Positions 1-13,297 of a stretch of 64,000 nucleotides of DNA are shown piece by piece. Within the stretch, counting starts at the first letter, position 1. The number at the start of each line of letters is the position of its first letter. The notes below the pieces were generated by a model. It worked only from the letters and a program-made list of their open reading frames with translations. It had not been told where the DNA came from and did not search any database. The position numbers and the translations under genes were made by a program. Source of the stretch: Octopus sinensis (Eukaryota); contig NC_043009.1 of the NCBI RefSeq assembly GCF_006345805.1, positions 43,276,001 to 43,340,000 on the forward strand. The letters run 5' to 3'.

Positions 1-721
1 AATGGTTCACAAAATTTATACTTTGTAAACAAGACACTAAATAATCTTAAAATTCTGCAATATTTCATAAACAGAATTTAAAATCTTTATAGAAATAAAT
101 GGTTTTATAACCATCCATGACAGGGCGCTTACTAGATCAACACAGAATTTCCAGCCTTCCAAATTATAGTCAAACTCACCTAGAATAGTGGCTCTTAAGG
201 TAAAGTGTGTGTCCCATCTTTGGAGTTTGGGTTACTTTAGAGTGGGGCATAAGTAAGTAACAAGTGGACAGAAGTTGCAATAAAGTTTTAATTAAAACTT
301 CTTTTGAATATGTGTATGTGCTTGTGTGTACGTATACACACACACACATATATATATGTACATACATATATACACTCATACACGTACACATATATATGTT
401 AAAAATATTCCACACAAGTTGTAACAAGGAAAATAAAAAATTAATATCTCTTTTACGCTTCAGTTAATAAATTTGAAAGCATATTATTACTACTGTCAAA
501 CTGCTTCAAAATACAATTATATATTGAAAAACAAATTATTGTAATCAAATTATTTCAAAATACCTTATTACATATTGCAAAATATCATGTATCCAAAATA
601 TATTACTACAATCAAATCATTTCAACATCACATATTTCAGAATACATTTATGTATTCAAATAATTTCAAAATATATTATTAAACACTCCAAAGTACATTA
701 TTACAAACCGGTTTCACTTTT

Positions 722-821
722 NNNNNNNNNNNNNNNNNNNNNNNNNNNNNNNNNNNNNNNNNNNNNNNNNNNNNNNNNNNNNNNNNNNNNNNNNNNNNNN
801 NNNNNNNNNNNNNNNNNNNNN
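722..821. other. Assembly gap (100 N)
   Basis: Run of N characters. Confidence 0.99.
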
Positions 822-1255
822 ATTTATATAGACATATATATATAACAATATATATATATATAATATATATATCTAATATATATATGTATGTATATAAGTG
901 TGTGTGTATACATGTAGACATTATACGCACATATATAGATACATATACGTATATGTATCTCTATACATATATATGTGTGTGTGTATACATGTATACACAC
1001 ACATATATAAATACATATATGTATATGCATATAAGTACCTATATATATATGTGTGTGTGTGCATACATATACACATATATATGTGCATCTGTATAATCTG
1101 TATATATATCTATCTCTTTATATGTATGTGAGTGTATCAGTATGCATTATATATATATGTATGTAAGTATGTATGTATGTATGTATGTATGTATGTATGT
1201 ATGAATGTATATATACACACACACACACACACATACACACACACATATATATATA

Positions 1256-1383
1256 TCCAGCCGTAGAAACATTGCCAGATCAGACTGGGCCTGGTGCAGC
1301 CTTCTGGCTTCCCAGACCCCAGTTGAACCGTCCAACCCATGCTAGCATGGAAAACGGACGTTGAACGATGATGATGATGATGA
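1256..1383 (+). mobile_element. 3' tail fragment of RTE LINE (or RTE-tailed SINE) ending in (GAT)n
   Basis: Similar to the 3' end of the RTE element at 29790-29933 (ccagccgtagaaac...catgctagcatggaaaacggacg...gatgatgat). Confidence 0.8.
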
Positions 1384-2648
1384 TATTTGAGTGTGTAGAT
1401 ACAAATCTATATCCTTGTGTTTAACTCTCTTTTTCTCCTCCCACTCTCTCCCTCACAATATATCTGTGTGTGAGGGAGTGTATTTATAAATATATATATA
1501 TACATATATACACGCACACACAAACATACATGCATTCATGCCTACACACGCACACACACCCACACACATGGTGATGTGCATTGATGCATGCAGACACATA
1601 ACAAATACAGACATCCTGCACCCTATCCTTTATCTGGAAATATTCACGGTTATTTAATTTAATCCCTTTCTTTCCCCTTTCTTCTATCTACTCAGCCTCC
1701 ATTACATCCTACTCTTATATATTCTATATTATTATTTGTAGACATGACTTAATCTTTCAGACATAATTCTAAACCTTTACTTATTTAATTCTTTACTTAA
1801 TGCTTTTATCAAAGACAAAATATGAACAATAGTTCTTAACCAAGATGTATGATATATATATTCTGCAAAGAAGGAGAAGAATATGATTGAAACCATTCTT
1901 TTTTTTCTTTTCTTTTTGTCTGTCTGTTTGCAGATTGTTTGTTGCAAAGCACAATTATAAACCTTGCGGTAAATTTATTCCATTTCAAAAACATCTTTTA
2001 TATTTTGGTATTTATTTTTGGTTTTGATTTATTTTGGAATTGATAAGCTTACAGAATCATTGGAGCACCAGGAAAAAAATGCCTTGTGATAATTCTTCTG
2101 TATCTTTTATCTTTTTTTTTTAATCTTGTTTCAGTTATTAAACTGTGGCCATGCTGGGGCACAACAATTTTTTGCTATTTTTCTATATTTTTGTCTTTTA
2201 TTTTGGCCTTTGAATTATTTATTGATTCAAATAATTTTATCTTTCATCTTTTACTTATTTCAGTCATTAGACTAAGGTCACACTGGAGCATAGCCTTGAA
2301 GAATTTTAGTCAAATAAATCAACCCCAGTATGTAATTTTTAGGCCTAGTACTCGTACTATTGGCATCTTCTGCCAAACTATTAAGTTACAGGAATATAAG
2401 CACACCAAAGCTGATTGCCAAGGAGTGGTGTGGGAAAACACAGACTCACACACACGCACATGCACTCACACACATTCAGACACACACATATATACTGTTA
2501 TGTCGCACTTTCGGATGACCGCTACTCAACTCGAATCCGCTCTGCTACTCTACCGACTGCTCTCCTGACGTCTAGGCTTCTCCCTCTATATCCACGTATT
2601 GGGCTAGCCTACTTCATCGTCTGGGGGTGTCCACACAACATATACGCT

Positions 2649-2852
2649 TACTCTTTTACTCTTTTACTTGTTTCAGTCATTTGACTGCGGCCATGCTGGA
2701 GCACTGCCTTTTAATCAAGCAACTCGACCCCGGGACTTATTCTTTGTAAGTCCAGTACTTATTCTATCGGTCTCTTTTGCCGAACCGCTAAGTAACGGGG
2801 ACATAAACACACCAGCATCGGTTATCAAGCAATGCTAGGGGGACAAACACAG

Positions 2853-2883
<31 letters not shown>

Positions 2884-3048
2884 CATACAACAAGCTTCTT
2901 TCAGTTTCCGTCTACCAAATCCACTCACAAGGCTTTGGTCGGCCCGAGGCTATAGTAGAAAACACTTGCCCAAGGTGCCACACAGTGGGACTGAACCCGG
3001 AACCATGTGGTTGGTAAACAAGCTACTTACCACACAGCCACTCCTACG
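2649..3048 (-). mobile_element. tRNA-derived SINE, family A, near full length, with internal (TA)/(CA) tract
   Basis: Pol III A/B-box-like head (ggagtggctgtgtggtaagtagc...ggttccgggttcagtccc) and 3' end ...gcagtcaaatgactgaaacaagtaaaaga; many homologous copies in the window. Confidence 0.85.
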
Positions 3049-3514
3049 CCTATATATACATATATAAATATATATATATATATATTTATATACATATATA
3101 TTTATACACACAACAGGCTTCTTTCAGTTTCTGTGTATCAAAACCACTCACAAGGCTTTGGACACTTGTCCAAGGTGCCATGGTTGGCATCTGGAAGGGC
3201 ATCCAGCTATAGAAACCAAGCCAAATGAGACTATGGAACCTGGTGCAGTCCATGGCTTTGCCAGTTCCTGTCAAGTTATTCAAGCCATGCCGGTATGGAA
3301 AATGGATGTTAAAATGTTGATGATAATGATGGTGGTGATGATGATACATACACACATACAGACTTGTGTGAATATATTTTTGTATGTTATTTCATTATTT
3401 TTATTTGACTATTTACTTTTTTATTAGTTATATACTTTTTTGGTATTATATAACTAAATTAAATGTCTTTACCAAGTCTTGCCAAACTATTTGCCTTTTC
3501 AATTCTGCTTTAAT

Positions 3515-3529
3515 CTATCAATCTAGCTG

Positions 3530-3612
<83 letters not shown>
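3515..3612 (+). repeat. (ATCT)n microsatellite, 5' flank of Tx1-like LINE
   Basis: Direct reading. Confidence 0.95.
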
Positions 3613-3614
<2 letters not shown>

Positions 3615-5494
3615 AGGCCAATCACTCTGCTCAATGCAGACCTGAAAATTTTGACAAAGGTGTTAGCCAAGAGGTTGGCGCTTGTCATGGAGAAACTGGT
3701 CGACAACGCACAAACGTGCGCCATGCCGGGCCGGAGCATCCATGACAACCTCCATCTGATGCGCTACATCATAGACAGGGTAGTTAACGAACCTGGCATG
3801 GGTGGGGCCCTGATCAACTTGGATCAATCGAAAGCCTTTGATAGGGTAGACCATCGATACTTGGAGGCAGTCCTGAGAGCGGCTGGTTTCGGTCCCGTCA
3901 TCCGCGGCTGGATAGCTGCCTTGTACAGAGGCACCCGTTCGGTAATTCGCGTAAATGGACATCTATCGAGACCCTTCGACATTGCACGTTCGGTCCGTCA
4001 GGGATGCCCCCTCTCGGCGCTTCTATACGTATTGACTCTTGAGCCACTACTGCGGAAGCTGGCGACTCTGAGGGGCATCCCGCGAGAATTAGGATGCGGG
4101 ACGAGCGTGTCTGCATACGCGGACGACGTCACCGTCGTAGTGTCAAGCCACGAGCACATCGAGCTGGTCGGCGAGACACTGAAAGACCACGAAGCGGTGA
4201 CAGGAGCAAAAATCAACCGGGAAAAGTCAGTGGGCTTGCGGCTCGGCACCTGGAGAAGCAGCCCATGCCGTCCACCAGTACCTCCGTCGTGGGAACGCTG
4301 GACAACGGCCCGTTGAGTTGCTCGGGGTCTGGTTCGGTCCGGACTCCAAATGGAGAAGAACTGGAACGAGATAACGAGTAGGGTGGTCACTCTCGCCCAG
4401 CAATGGGCCGAGATGAACTGTCCCTAAAAGGTCGGGCGGAGGTGGTGAACGCGTACATCGCGTCCATCACTACTACCGCCTGACCGTCGTACCTTGTCCC
4501 GACCCTACCATCACCAAACTAGAACGCATCCTCTTCCGCTTCTTGTAGAAAGGATGCGTCCCGATGGTCAGGCGATCCATTTGCTGTCAACACCCCGTAA
4601 AAGGAGGGCTGGGCATGCCGTGGTTGATGATGCGCAGACACGCGCTGAGACTGCGACATCTCCGGCTCTATGTAGACGACGGTGAACAGTTGTGGTCGCC
4701 GTTTGTGAGGCACGCATTCCCGCAACTCATCGTCTCCCTGACTGAACTACAGTCGTGGATCAAAAAGAGGCCGAAAAGGGCGAATGGCACCGCGAGTGTC
4801 GCGTTGCTCTCAAGCAACTCTGCCATCCCGGGTCGACCTTGAGTGACTTCAACACAACCCAAGCATTCTATAGGGGATTAGTGGAGGGGAGGTACGACGA
4901 CGAGCTCGGGGCAAACCTGGGCATCGACGAGGAATATCTGACCCGCCGTTTCAAACGACTTTCGGCCCGGGACCTATGGACAACTTCCAGAGATCCCTGG
5001 CCTGGCGGTGCTACCGAGAAGCGCTACCCGTTCGGGATAAGCTCTATAAGCATGGCTCGAGAAACACGGCCGACCTGCCCGAGATGCGGGCAGAGCGACG
5101 AAACCGCTCTGCACGCAATCGTGCAGTGTCCAGCAATTTCCCACCTGTGGGCTTATGTCGAACGACTGCTGTCATGTGTGGGACGTGTCGGTTTATCAGC
5201 CGAGTCTATCGTTAATATCGTCACGCCTCCTTCATTCAAACGGGAAGGAAGAGCTATTTTTATCATACTTGTGGCTATGGCGAAAGAATGTATCTGGTGG
5301 ACGCGTCTGAAAGGATTAGAGACCACTTTCCTCTCTGGTCAATCTCTCATCAACTTCTTCAAGTATCACTTGAAGAAAAAAGTGAGAGTAGAGAGGCAAG
5401 TTTTGTCTAGTGAATGTTTTTAAAAAAAAGATGGGTGAATGTAGCAAGGATGGCACGTATGAATGACGAAGCCACCTTGACTATGATTCTATGA
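3611..5494 (+). pseudogene. Disrupted ORF2 (reverse transcriptase + CCHC) of Tx1-like copy 1
   Basis: RT pieces are split over several frames (ORF track 3384-4316, 4564-4842, 4755-5423) by frameshifts and stops. Confidence 0.88.
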
Positions 5495-5869
5495 ACCGTA
5501 AAAATTAATACAGAGAGTTGCTTATTTGCAAAAAAAAAAAAAAAAAAAGAAATATAACATGTGACTTCATTGACCGAGGTTACCGTGGTCTTTTCCGTAG
5601 GCTTTCTTTCACGGGTAAACTCACCTGTCCTCCCTTTACACTTCATATTGACATTTCTGTGATAACGATCCCTATTGATCAATTTTTTCCTCTCCCCCTT
5701 TTTTTTGTCCTCTTTCTCTCTCTCCTTTTATGATCCCTTTTGATCGACCCCCCCCTTTTTTTTTTTATTTTAATTTTAATTTTTTTATTTTTTTTACCTC
5801 CAAAAGAAAAGCTCTACCTTGTAATTTGTTCTATCTGTGTGCAGCCCTGTGTGGCTAATAAAGAAACAT
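3611..5869 (+). mobile_element. 5'-truncated Tx1/L1-clade non-LTR retrotransposon (copy 1)
   Basis: RT motifs FRPITLLNADLKIL, DQSKAFDRVDH, SVRQGCPLS, YADD; C-terminal CPRCGQSDETALHAIVQC zinc knuckle; T-rich 3'UTR ending aataaagaaac; homologous to 30391-34766. Confidence 0.93.
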
Positions 5870-5898
5870 ATCTATCTATCTATCTATCTATCTACCTG

Positions 5899-5938
<40 letters not shown>

Positions 5939-5950
5939 CCTGCCTGTCTG

Positions 5951-6008
<58 letters not shown>
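5870..6008 (+). repeat. (ATCT)n microsatellite, 3' flank of Tx1-like LINE
   Basis: Direct reading. Confidence 0.95.
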
Positions 6009-6101
6009 ACTCACTCACTCTCTCTCTCCCTCTCTCTCTCTCTCTCCATATATATATAGAGAGATAGATAGATAGATATAGATATATATATTCTTTAATT
6101 G

Positions 6102-6334
6102 TTTTACTTATTTCAGTCATCTGGCTGCGGCCATGCTGGAACACCACCTTGACTCAAACGGTTATAGTCAAACAAATCGATCCCAGGACTTATTTTTTAA
6201 GCCCAGTACTTATTCTATCGATATTTTTTGTCAAACTGCTAAGTTATAGGGACATAAACACACCAGCATTGGTTATCAAGCGATGGCAGAGGGACAAACA
6301 CAAACACACACACATAACTACATATGTACATTCC

Positions 6335-6366
<32 letters not shown>

Positions 6367-6520
6367 CGATAGGCTTCTTTCAGTTTCCATCTACCAAATC
6401 CACTCACAATGCTCTGATCAGCCCAAAGCAGTAGTGGAAGACACTTGCCCAAGGTGCCATATAGTGGGACTGAACATGGAACCATGTGGTTGGGAAGCAA
6501 GATTTTTACCTCACAGCCAT
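6102..6520 (-). mobile_element. SINE family A, diverged
   Basis: Homologous to 2649-3048 over head and tail. Confidence 0.8.
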
Positions 6521-6529
6521 AAATGTATA

Positions 6530-6720
6530 TACAGAGTGTCCCAAAAAGAATGTGTACACGCATTGAATGATTATAAAGAGTCAGTGTTTATTAAAATATA
6601 TTTCATTTTTCAAAATTTAATAGAAACAGACAATAATTTTTCTATGAATACTTGTTTTCAAACTGATGACTGTTCTGGTCCAGGCACTGCAGATAACATG
6701 AAGTCATGGAATCACAAACA
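6530..6720. mobile_element. Tc1/mariner-like terminal fragment
   Basis: Begins TA-CAGAGTGTCCCAAAAAG, resembling a Tc1/mariner TIR after a TA site; no partner TIR found. Confidence 0.45.
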
Positions 6721-6786
6721 CCAAGAAATATAAATTATTTACATTATTTACATTTGATGGATATTTGTCCTCACCTTGTTTGTTGT

Positions 6787-6828
6787 TAACATAACGTTTC
6801 GGCTGATACACCCTCTAGCCTTCATTTG
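6787..6828 (-). ncRNA. Degenerate hammerhead-like motif (Penelope-type terminal repeat remnant)
   Basis: Minus strand caaatga-aggct...agcc-GAAACGTT: stem II and GAAA with palindromic stem III present; CUGAUGA core mutated. Confidence 0.4.
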
Positions 6829-7220
6829 ATATCTTGGGGAAATTTCAAATCTGGATTCTCGTGTGTTGCTAATATAATAATAATGCTAATATAATTATAT
6901 TATAATAATGCTGAATAGCATAAATACATACATGCATACATACATACATAGGTGCGCATTGAAAGCCAGTGAACAGCATTGGCGATACCAGTTTGACTTT
7001 GAATCTCTTTAGCAATTCAAAATAATGAATTTAATTCCTCTTAATTCTACCTCAGTTCATTTCATTGTATTTATTTATCACTAATTTTCATAAAAAAGAC
7101 ATTATTTTTTTGATATCCAATGTGCATTTTCGCTTTTTTTCTTCTTACTTTCCTCATATCTTTTCCATGTGTAGTTTCTATTTTCGTTTTGAAACATATT
7201 TCTATTAGTTATATAGATAT

Positions 7221-7296
<76 letters not shown>

Positions 7297-7446
7297 AATA
7301 GACAGACAGATAAATCTTTTGGAGAACGCTGGATCTTGAAGCAGATAAGCTACAAATGATAATGTGTAACAACTGAGGTTAAAAGAACCATTGGGTAGGA
7401 GAAGTCAAAGGCTGACTATGGGATGAGATTTCACATCTCATTTATA

Positions 7447-7513
<67 letters not shown>

Positions 7514-7599
7514 TGTGTGTATCTATATATATATACACACATATAAATAAATACATATATGTACATATGTGTGTATATTTATATATGCATAAGTATGTA

Positions 7600-7638
<39 letters not shown>

Positions 7639-8662
7639 CAAAAGAAAAACAGGATGCAAAGGATTTAGTGGTACATATGTTTCTGGCTTTATTGAACAAT
7701 TTATATCAATGCATAATTGATATAATATGTAGGTCAACAGCCTTCTTCAGCCGCATACAATTACCATACTAAAGACATGTATTATATTATACCAGGTTTG
7801 AGAAGAAGTTTGGGAAAAAAGCAAGTTTCATTGGGAAGGTAAATCCTGTTATATATATATATGATTACACAGACATATATATATATATATGAATACAGGT
7901 ATATATATGTGTGTGTGTATGTATGTATGTATGTATGTATGTATGTATGTGTATATGTATATATGTATGTATGTATTTATATATGTATGTATATATGTAT
8001 GTATGTGTGTATGTATGTATGTATGTATGTATATATGTATGTATGGATGGATGGATGGATGGATGGATGTATGTATGTATGTATGTATGTATGTATGAAT
8101 GAATGTGTGTGTGTGTATTATTGATAACATCTTATTATGGATTCAAACAAATTGATAACAATTTCAGTCCTAGCAATAGATACGTATTTGAGATAATTAT
8201 TGATGATTAATATTAACAGTTACATGCCTAAACTTCTGAGATAAATAAGCAGAATAATTAGCGTTTTCCTGTATATTACCTCATCATTCACATTCTAATA
8301 ATTTCCACAATATTTTAATTGGCGGGGCATGTTTACATTTTTGATATATTTTTTATCTTTTGATTGTGGATCAGTAAGAGTATAGGCATTGCCCAGGAAC
8401 TTTTTTATGAATTTCTACAACTAATGGGAGCATGATTTCCTCAAAATAGATCTTTGGCCTAAATACATACATAGCTACATACATATATACATATATGTGC
8501 ATAACTTTATATAGATATAGTTATATGTGTGTGCGCATTTATATGTATATATATATATTCATATATAAGTATACACACACACATATAAATATGTACACAC
8601 ACAAACCAATATATACATACACACACATATAAATATGTACACACACAAACCAATATATACAT

Positions 8663-8702
<40 letters not shown>

Positions 8703-8950
8703 CTAATGTAGAATAAAATTTTTTTCGAAAAATATATTCTTTTCCAAAAAACATTTTATCAATGGCCAGCATATCAAAAAGTACCTTTAAAGGTTAAATC
8801 TATAAACAGTTCATAATTAAGGGCAAATGAAAAAATTTCTAATGCCAGATATGCCGAAAAATTGGACATATTGTCCATTAACCATATAATTTTTTCACAA
8901 TATGCATGCTACTCGAAAAAAGGTTGACAGAAATTTCTAAAACATTCCAT

Positions 8951-9003
8951 TATCGGACCGATTTCAGGGTTAGCTTATAACAGCCCTCCCTTCGTCAGTG
9001 ATA
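8951..9003 (-). ncRNA. Type-I hammerhead ribozyme-like motif (left arm)
   Basis: tatca-CTGACGA-aggg..gct gttata agc..ccct-GAAA-TCG-GTC^cgata: core, stem II, near-palindromic stem III, GUC triplet. Confidence 0.65.
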
Positions 9004-9213
9004 CATGTGGCAAAAAGAAATAAATGAGATACTTACTCATACCCATGGAAGAAGCGAACACTAAGTCATGAGCACAATTAAGTACCCCAAATACATCCAA
9101 AATAGAAATACTCCAGCCCATACGAGACACGTGCGATTTGAACTAATTTGAACTAGTGTTCGCTTCTTCCATGGGTATGAGTAAGTATCTCATTTATTTC
9201 TTTTTGCCACATG

Positions 9214-9266
9214 TATCACTGACGAAGGGAGGGCTGTTATAAGCTAACCCTGAAATCAGTCCGATA
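9214..9266 (+). ncRNA. Type-I hammerhead ribozyme-like motif (right arm)
   Basis: Same motif as the left arm; stem III carries one G>A change (GAAATCAGTC). Confidence 0.55.
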
Positions 9267-9434
9267 TGGTAATAATGGAATGTTTTAGAAATTTCTGTCG
9301 ACCTTTTTTCAAGTAGCGTGAATATTGTGAAAAAATTATATGGTTAATGGACAATATGTCCAATTTTTCGGCATATCTGGCATTAGAAATTTTTTCGTTT
9401 GCCCTAATTATGAATTGTTTATACATATATATAC

Positions 9435-9482
<48 letters not shown>

Positions 9483-9519
9483 TCTTGAGGTCCTCTTCTT
9501 CTTCCCTTTTTTTTTTTAC

Positions 9520-11880
9520 ATACTCACACACACACACATGCACACATACATGTAGGCACAACACAATAAATACATACATAACCACACATGCCACCTTTAC
9601 ACGAATGACAAACACAAATACACCTATTTGCATCCAGGCAGCACCCCCCCTCTTTTCTGCTTTCCGGTTTTGGCTGATGGATCCTCGGTTCCCGCGGAGA
9701 GGGTCGTTCGAGGGCCTTTGCGCTCGCGCGCCTTCGCGCGTGCTGGGGGCTTGGTCGGCCCCATGGGATGCGTTGTATTGTTTGGGTGTTGTGTGCGTGA
9801 GCGCGCTTCATGTGTGTGGGCTTGCTTCGGGTGGTGCGTGCGTATGTATACATACATACCCACAACACGCATGCATCCCTACCAACATACATACACGCAC
9901 CACCTACTCACACACACACATACACACACACACACACCCGCACACACACACAATACATACATACACACCACATACCTACTTCAGACATACACACACACAG
10001 ACATACACCCATACACTCACACTCACACGATACACACACAACATACACACGCACACGTACACACACACACACACACACCTACATACATACATTACACTTG
10101 TACACACACACACTTACATTCATACACACACACACCTACACAGCCATACCCTCACTCAGACACACCACACACAACACACACAGACACACACCCATACATA
10201 CATACATCTACACACACACGCCTACACACATACATACACACATACATAAACACACACACATACACATACACACACATACGCACACACACATATACTTATA
10301 CACATGCACACACACACACACATACATACACCCACACACATACACACACACATACCTACATACTCTCATACGCACATACATACACACAGACATACACACA
10401 TACACACTCACACAAACATATAACACACACATACTTACACACCACACTCGCCTGCACCGCACACACATGCATGAAAACACCATACACTCACTCACATACG
10501 CACACACCAACATAAACACGCACACGCACACACACACCTACACTCCCACACACATACATACGCACCACCTACATACACAACGCACGCATACACATGCACA
10601 CACACGCATATACACATACATTACACACGTACACACACACCTACATACACATGCATACACACACACAAAACATGCACGGACACACCCAGACATACATAAC
10701 ATACACCTATACACACACGCCCACACACCTACATACACACACATACATACACGGACCACACCCATACATACTTACATACATACACCTATACACACACGCC
10801 TACACACCTACATACACACACATGCATACACACACACACATGTACGCACATACACCACATATACGCACAACATATATACCCACACACATGCACACACATA
10901 CGCACATGCATGCATGCATGCACACGCGCACACCTACACGCATACACGCATACATGCATACACACACACACACGCACGTAACATACATACATACACACAC
11001 ACATACATACACCCCATACACATACATGCATACACACAAATACATACACACTCACACATACATACACACACACACACTCACTCACACACCTGCATGTACG
11101 CGCCACACACATGCACATACACACACTTCACACACACACACACGTACATACATACACACTCATACACACCACACACACAACGGACATACATCTATGCACA
11201 CACATATACACACATACTTACATACATTCATCGGACACACTGACACCCAGACATACACACAGACACACTCACACATCCACACCACACATACATACTACAC
11301 ACACACTCGCAGGCGCGCGCACACACGCGCTTGCGCCGGCTCGCGCACGCATACGCGCATGCATGCACCTCGCTCTTGGAACCCGACGAGATCTCCGGCT
11401 CGTTTCTGGGGCCGTCGCCTGTCGTTGGGTTCTCCCACGCCCGTCTCCGGGACCACTCTTCCATCTTCCCCTCAGCTGGAGTCCGTTTTCCTTATAACCC
11501 CCCTTTTTGTACACACACGCGCACACATACATACACCCACTCACACACACACATTTGCTTAAATAAATATATACATTACTCTTACACACACTTCAAATCT
11601 ACTCGCCATACATACAACTACGACACTGGACACACACACACTACCACTCAACACACACACTGGCACGTTACATACGCCCCCACCCCTTCCCCTCCCTCCC
11701 TTCCTCCTTCCTTCATTTTTTTACTACTGACCACTGTCTGCTATGCCTACTACTGTTTCGCCCTACCTCACACGCCTACACACAGACGCACACACTAACA
11801 TATACATATATTTTTTGTTTTTTTATCTCGCCTCACACACATACACACACGCACACGCACACACTCACACATACACACAC
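9520..11880 (+). repeat. Long degenerate (CA)/(TACA)-rich low-complexity tract with two GC/CpG-rich patches
   Basis: Direct reading; source of spurious His/Thr-rich ORFs. Confidence 0.9.
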
Positions 11881-12029
11881 ATCTGTTGCGTTACCAACCC
11901 GTCTCCACTCTTTTGGCTTTAAAAACCTACTTTGCTCTTGTTATCGTAAACTTCCGCCTTTCACCATGTGTACTTCGTAAACACCAGTCGCTTTTTTTTT
12001 TTTCTCCCTCTGTTTGCCCACCTCGGGAT

Positions 12030-12180
12030 CTTTATTCCTCTCTCTTCCATCTTTATGTTTCGACGAAGAGCTCCGCTCGAAACGTCATACTTCCTGCTTC
12101 CATCTTTCCTGAGCGCCTATTAATAATAATACTGTAATTGTTCCACGTGTTGTTGTTTTTTCTGTTTTCCCGTTTGGATG
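12030..12180 (+). mobile_element. Penelope-like terminal fragment with degenerate hammerhead motif
   Basis: tcgacga-a-gagc tcc gctc-GAAACGTC; homologous to the reverse complement of 21181-21326; abuts (TA)n. Confidence 0.55.
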
Positions 12181-12199
12181 ATTAAAATTATATATATAT

Positions 12200-12256
<57 letters not shown>

Positions 12257-13297
12257 TTATACATATATATAAATATAGGTGTGGCTATGTGGTAAGAATT
12301 TTGGTTCAGAACCTCATAGTTTTGTGTTCAGTCGTAATGTGTGTTACCTTAGGCAAGTGTGTTCTACTATAGCCTTAGGTTGACCAGAGCCTTTTATTCA
12401 CCCTATTGGGTGGTTGGTGTTTGGAAGGGCATCCAGCTGTAAAAACTGTATCAAAACAAACACAGAAGTCTGATGCAGCAATCTAGCTCCTGTGAAACTG
12501 CCCAACCCATGCCAGCATGATGATGATTATATATATATATGTATGTAATAATTAATGGTCACGAAAGCAGTATTATTACCAAAATGTATTTAAAGGGAAA
12601 AAATTTGACAAGTCAGTCAGTCGCCCACTGACACTCGTTGACGCTACATTGAAGAAGCCAGGGAACAGAAGAAAGAAGAAGAGAGAAGACATGCACCCAA
12701 CACCAGAGCTGAAGACACCTCTGAAAGATGGCGGGGAGGTCCCACCACATAAAAACAGTAGAGGAGTAGGGGCCGAAACAGGACGTGGTTCCTCCTGGAA
12801 CTGTTGTGGTAGCAGACCATGAAACATGGTTATAATTCCTCTTTTATCACCACTTAAAAGTGGGGGTTGTGTTAGGAAACAGAATACTCCAGTAGCTACC
12901 ATGAGAGAAGCTTTCATGTGGTTTTCCGGTGCATATAAGCACTCTTGTTTACATCACTAGCAGGAGACAATCCTAGCTTCGCTGCCACCAGGACTACCAA
13001 AAAAACTATATGGAAGGTTCTCTCATAGTGACCTGAATGGTTTATTCCTTTTCAACTTTTCTACTGAAACAGATCTGATCATGGGGAAACATTATTTTGT
13101 TAGTAAACAAGTGATGATTGGTGACAGGAAATTACTTACATCAACCCCAATGCACAACAGGTACTTATTTCTTTGACCCTGAAAGGATGAAAGGCAAAGT
13201 CGACCCCAGCAGTAATTGAACTCAGAACACAAAATCAGAAGAAATACCGCTAAGCACATTTCCCAGTATCATGACACTTCTGCCAGTTCACCACCTT

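Larger units (their letters stand above)
8801..9423. repeat. Long inverted repeat (foldback): arms 8801-9063 and 9154-9423, 90-bp spacer
   Basis: Arms are reverse complements with about 7 substitutions and 2 indels (by eye). Confidence 0.95.

Noticed and set aside
2990-3048. tRNA-like sequences at SINE heads (also 14413, 18914, 35703, 39180-39260)
   Set aside because: A/B boxes are present but there is no complete cloverleaf, and each continues into a SINE body.
3611-5494. GC-rich RT region as bacterial contamination or group II intron
   Set aside because: The second copy shows an APE endonuclease, CCHC knuckle and AATAAA 3' end typical of L1/Tx1 LINEs; both are joined to host microsatellites.
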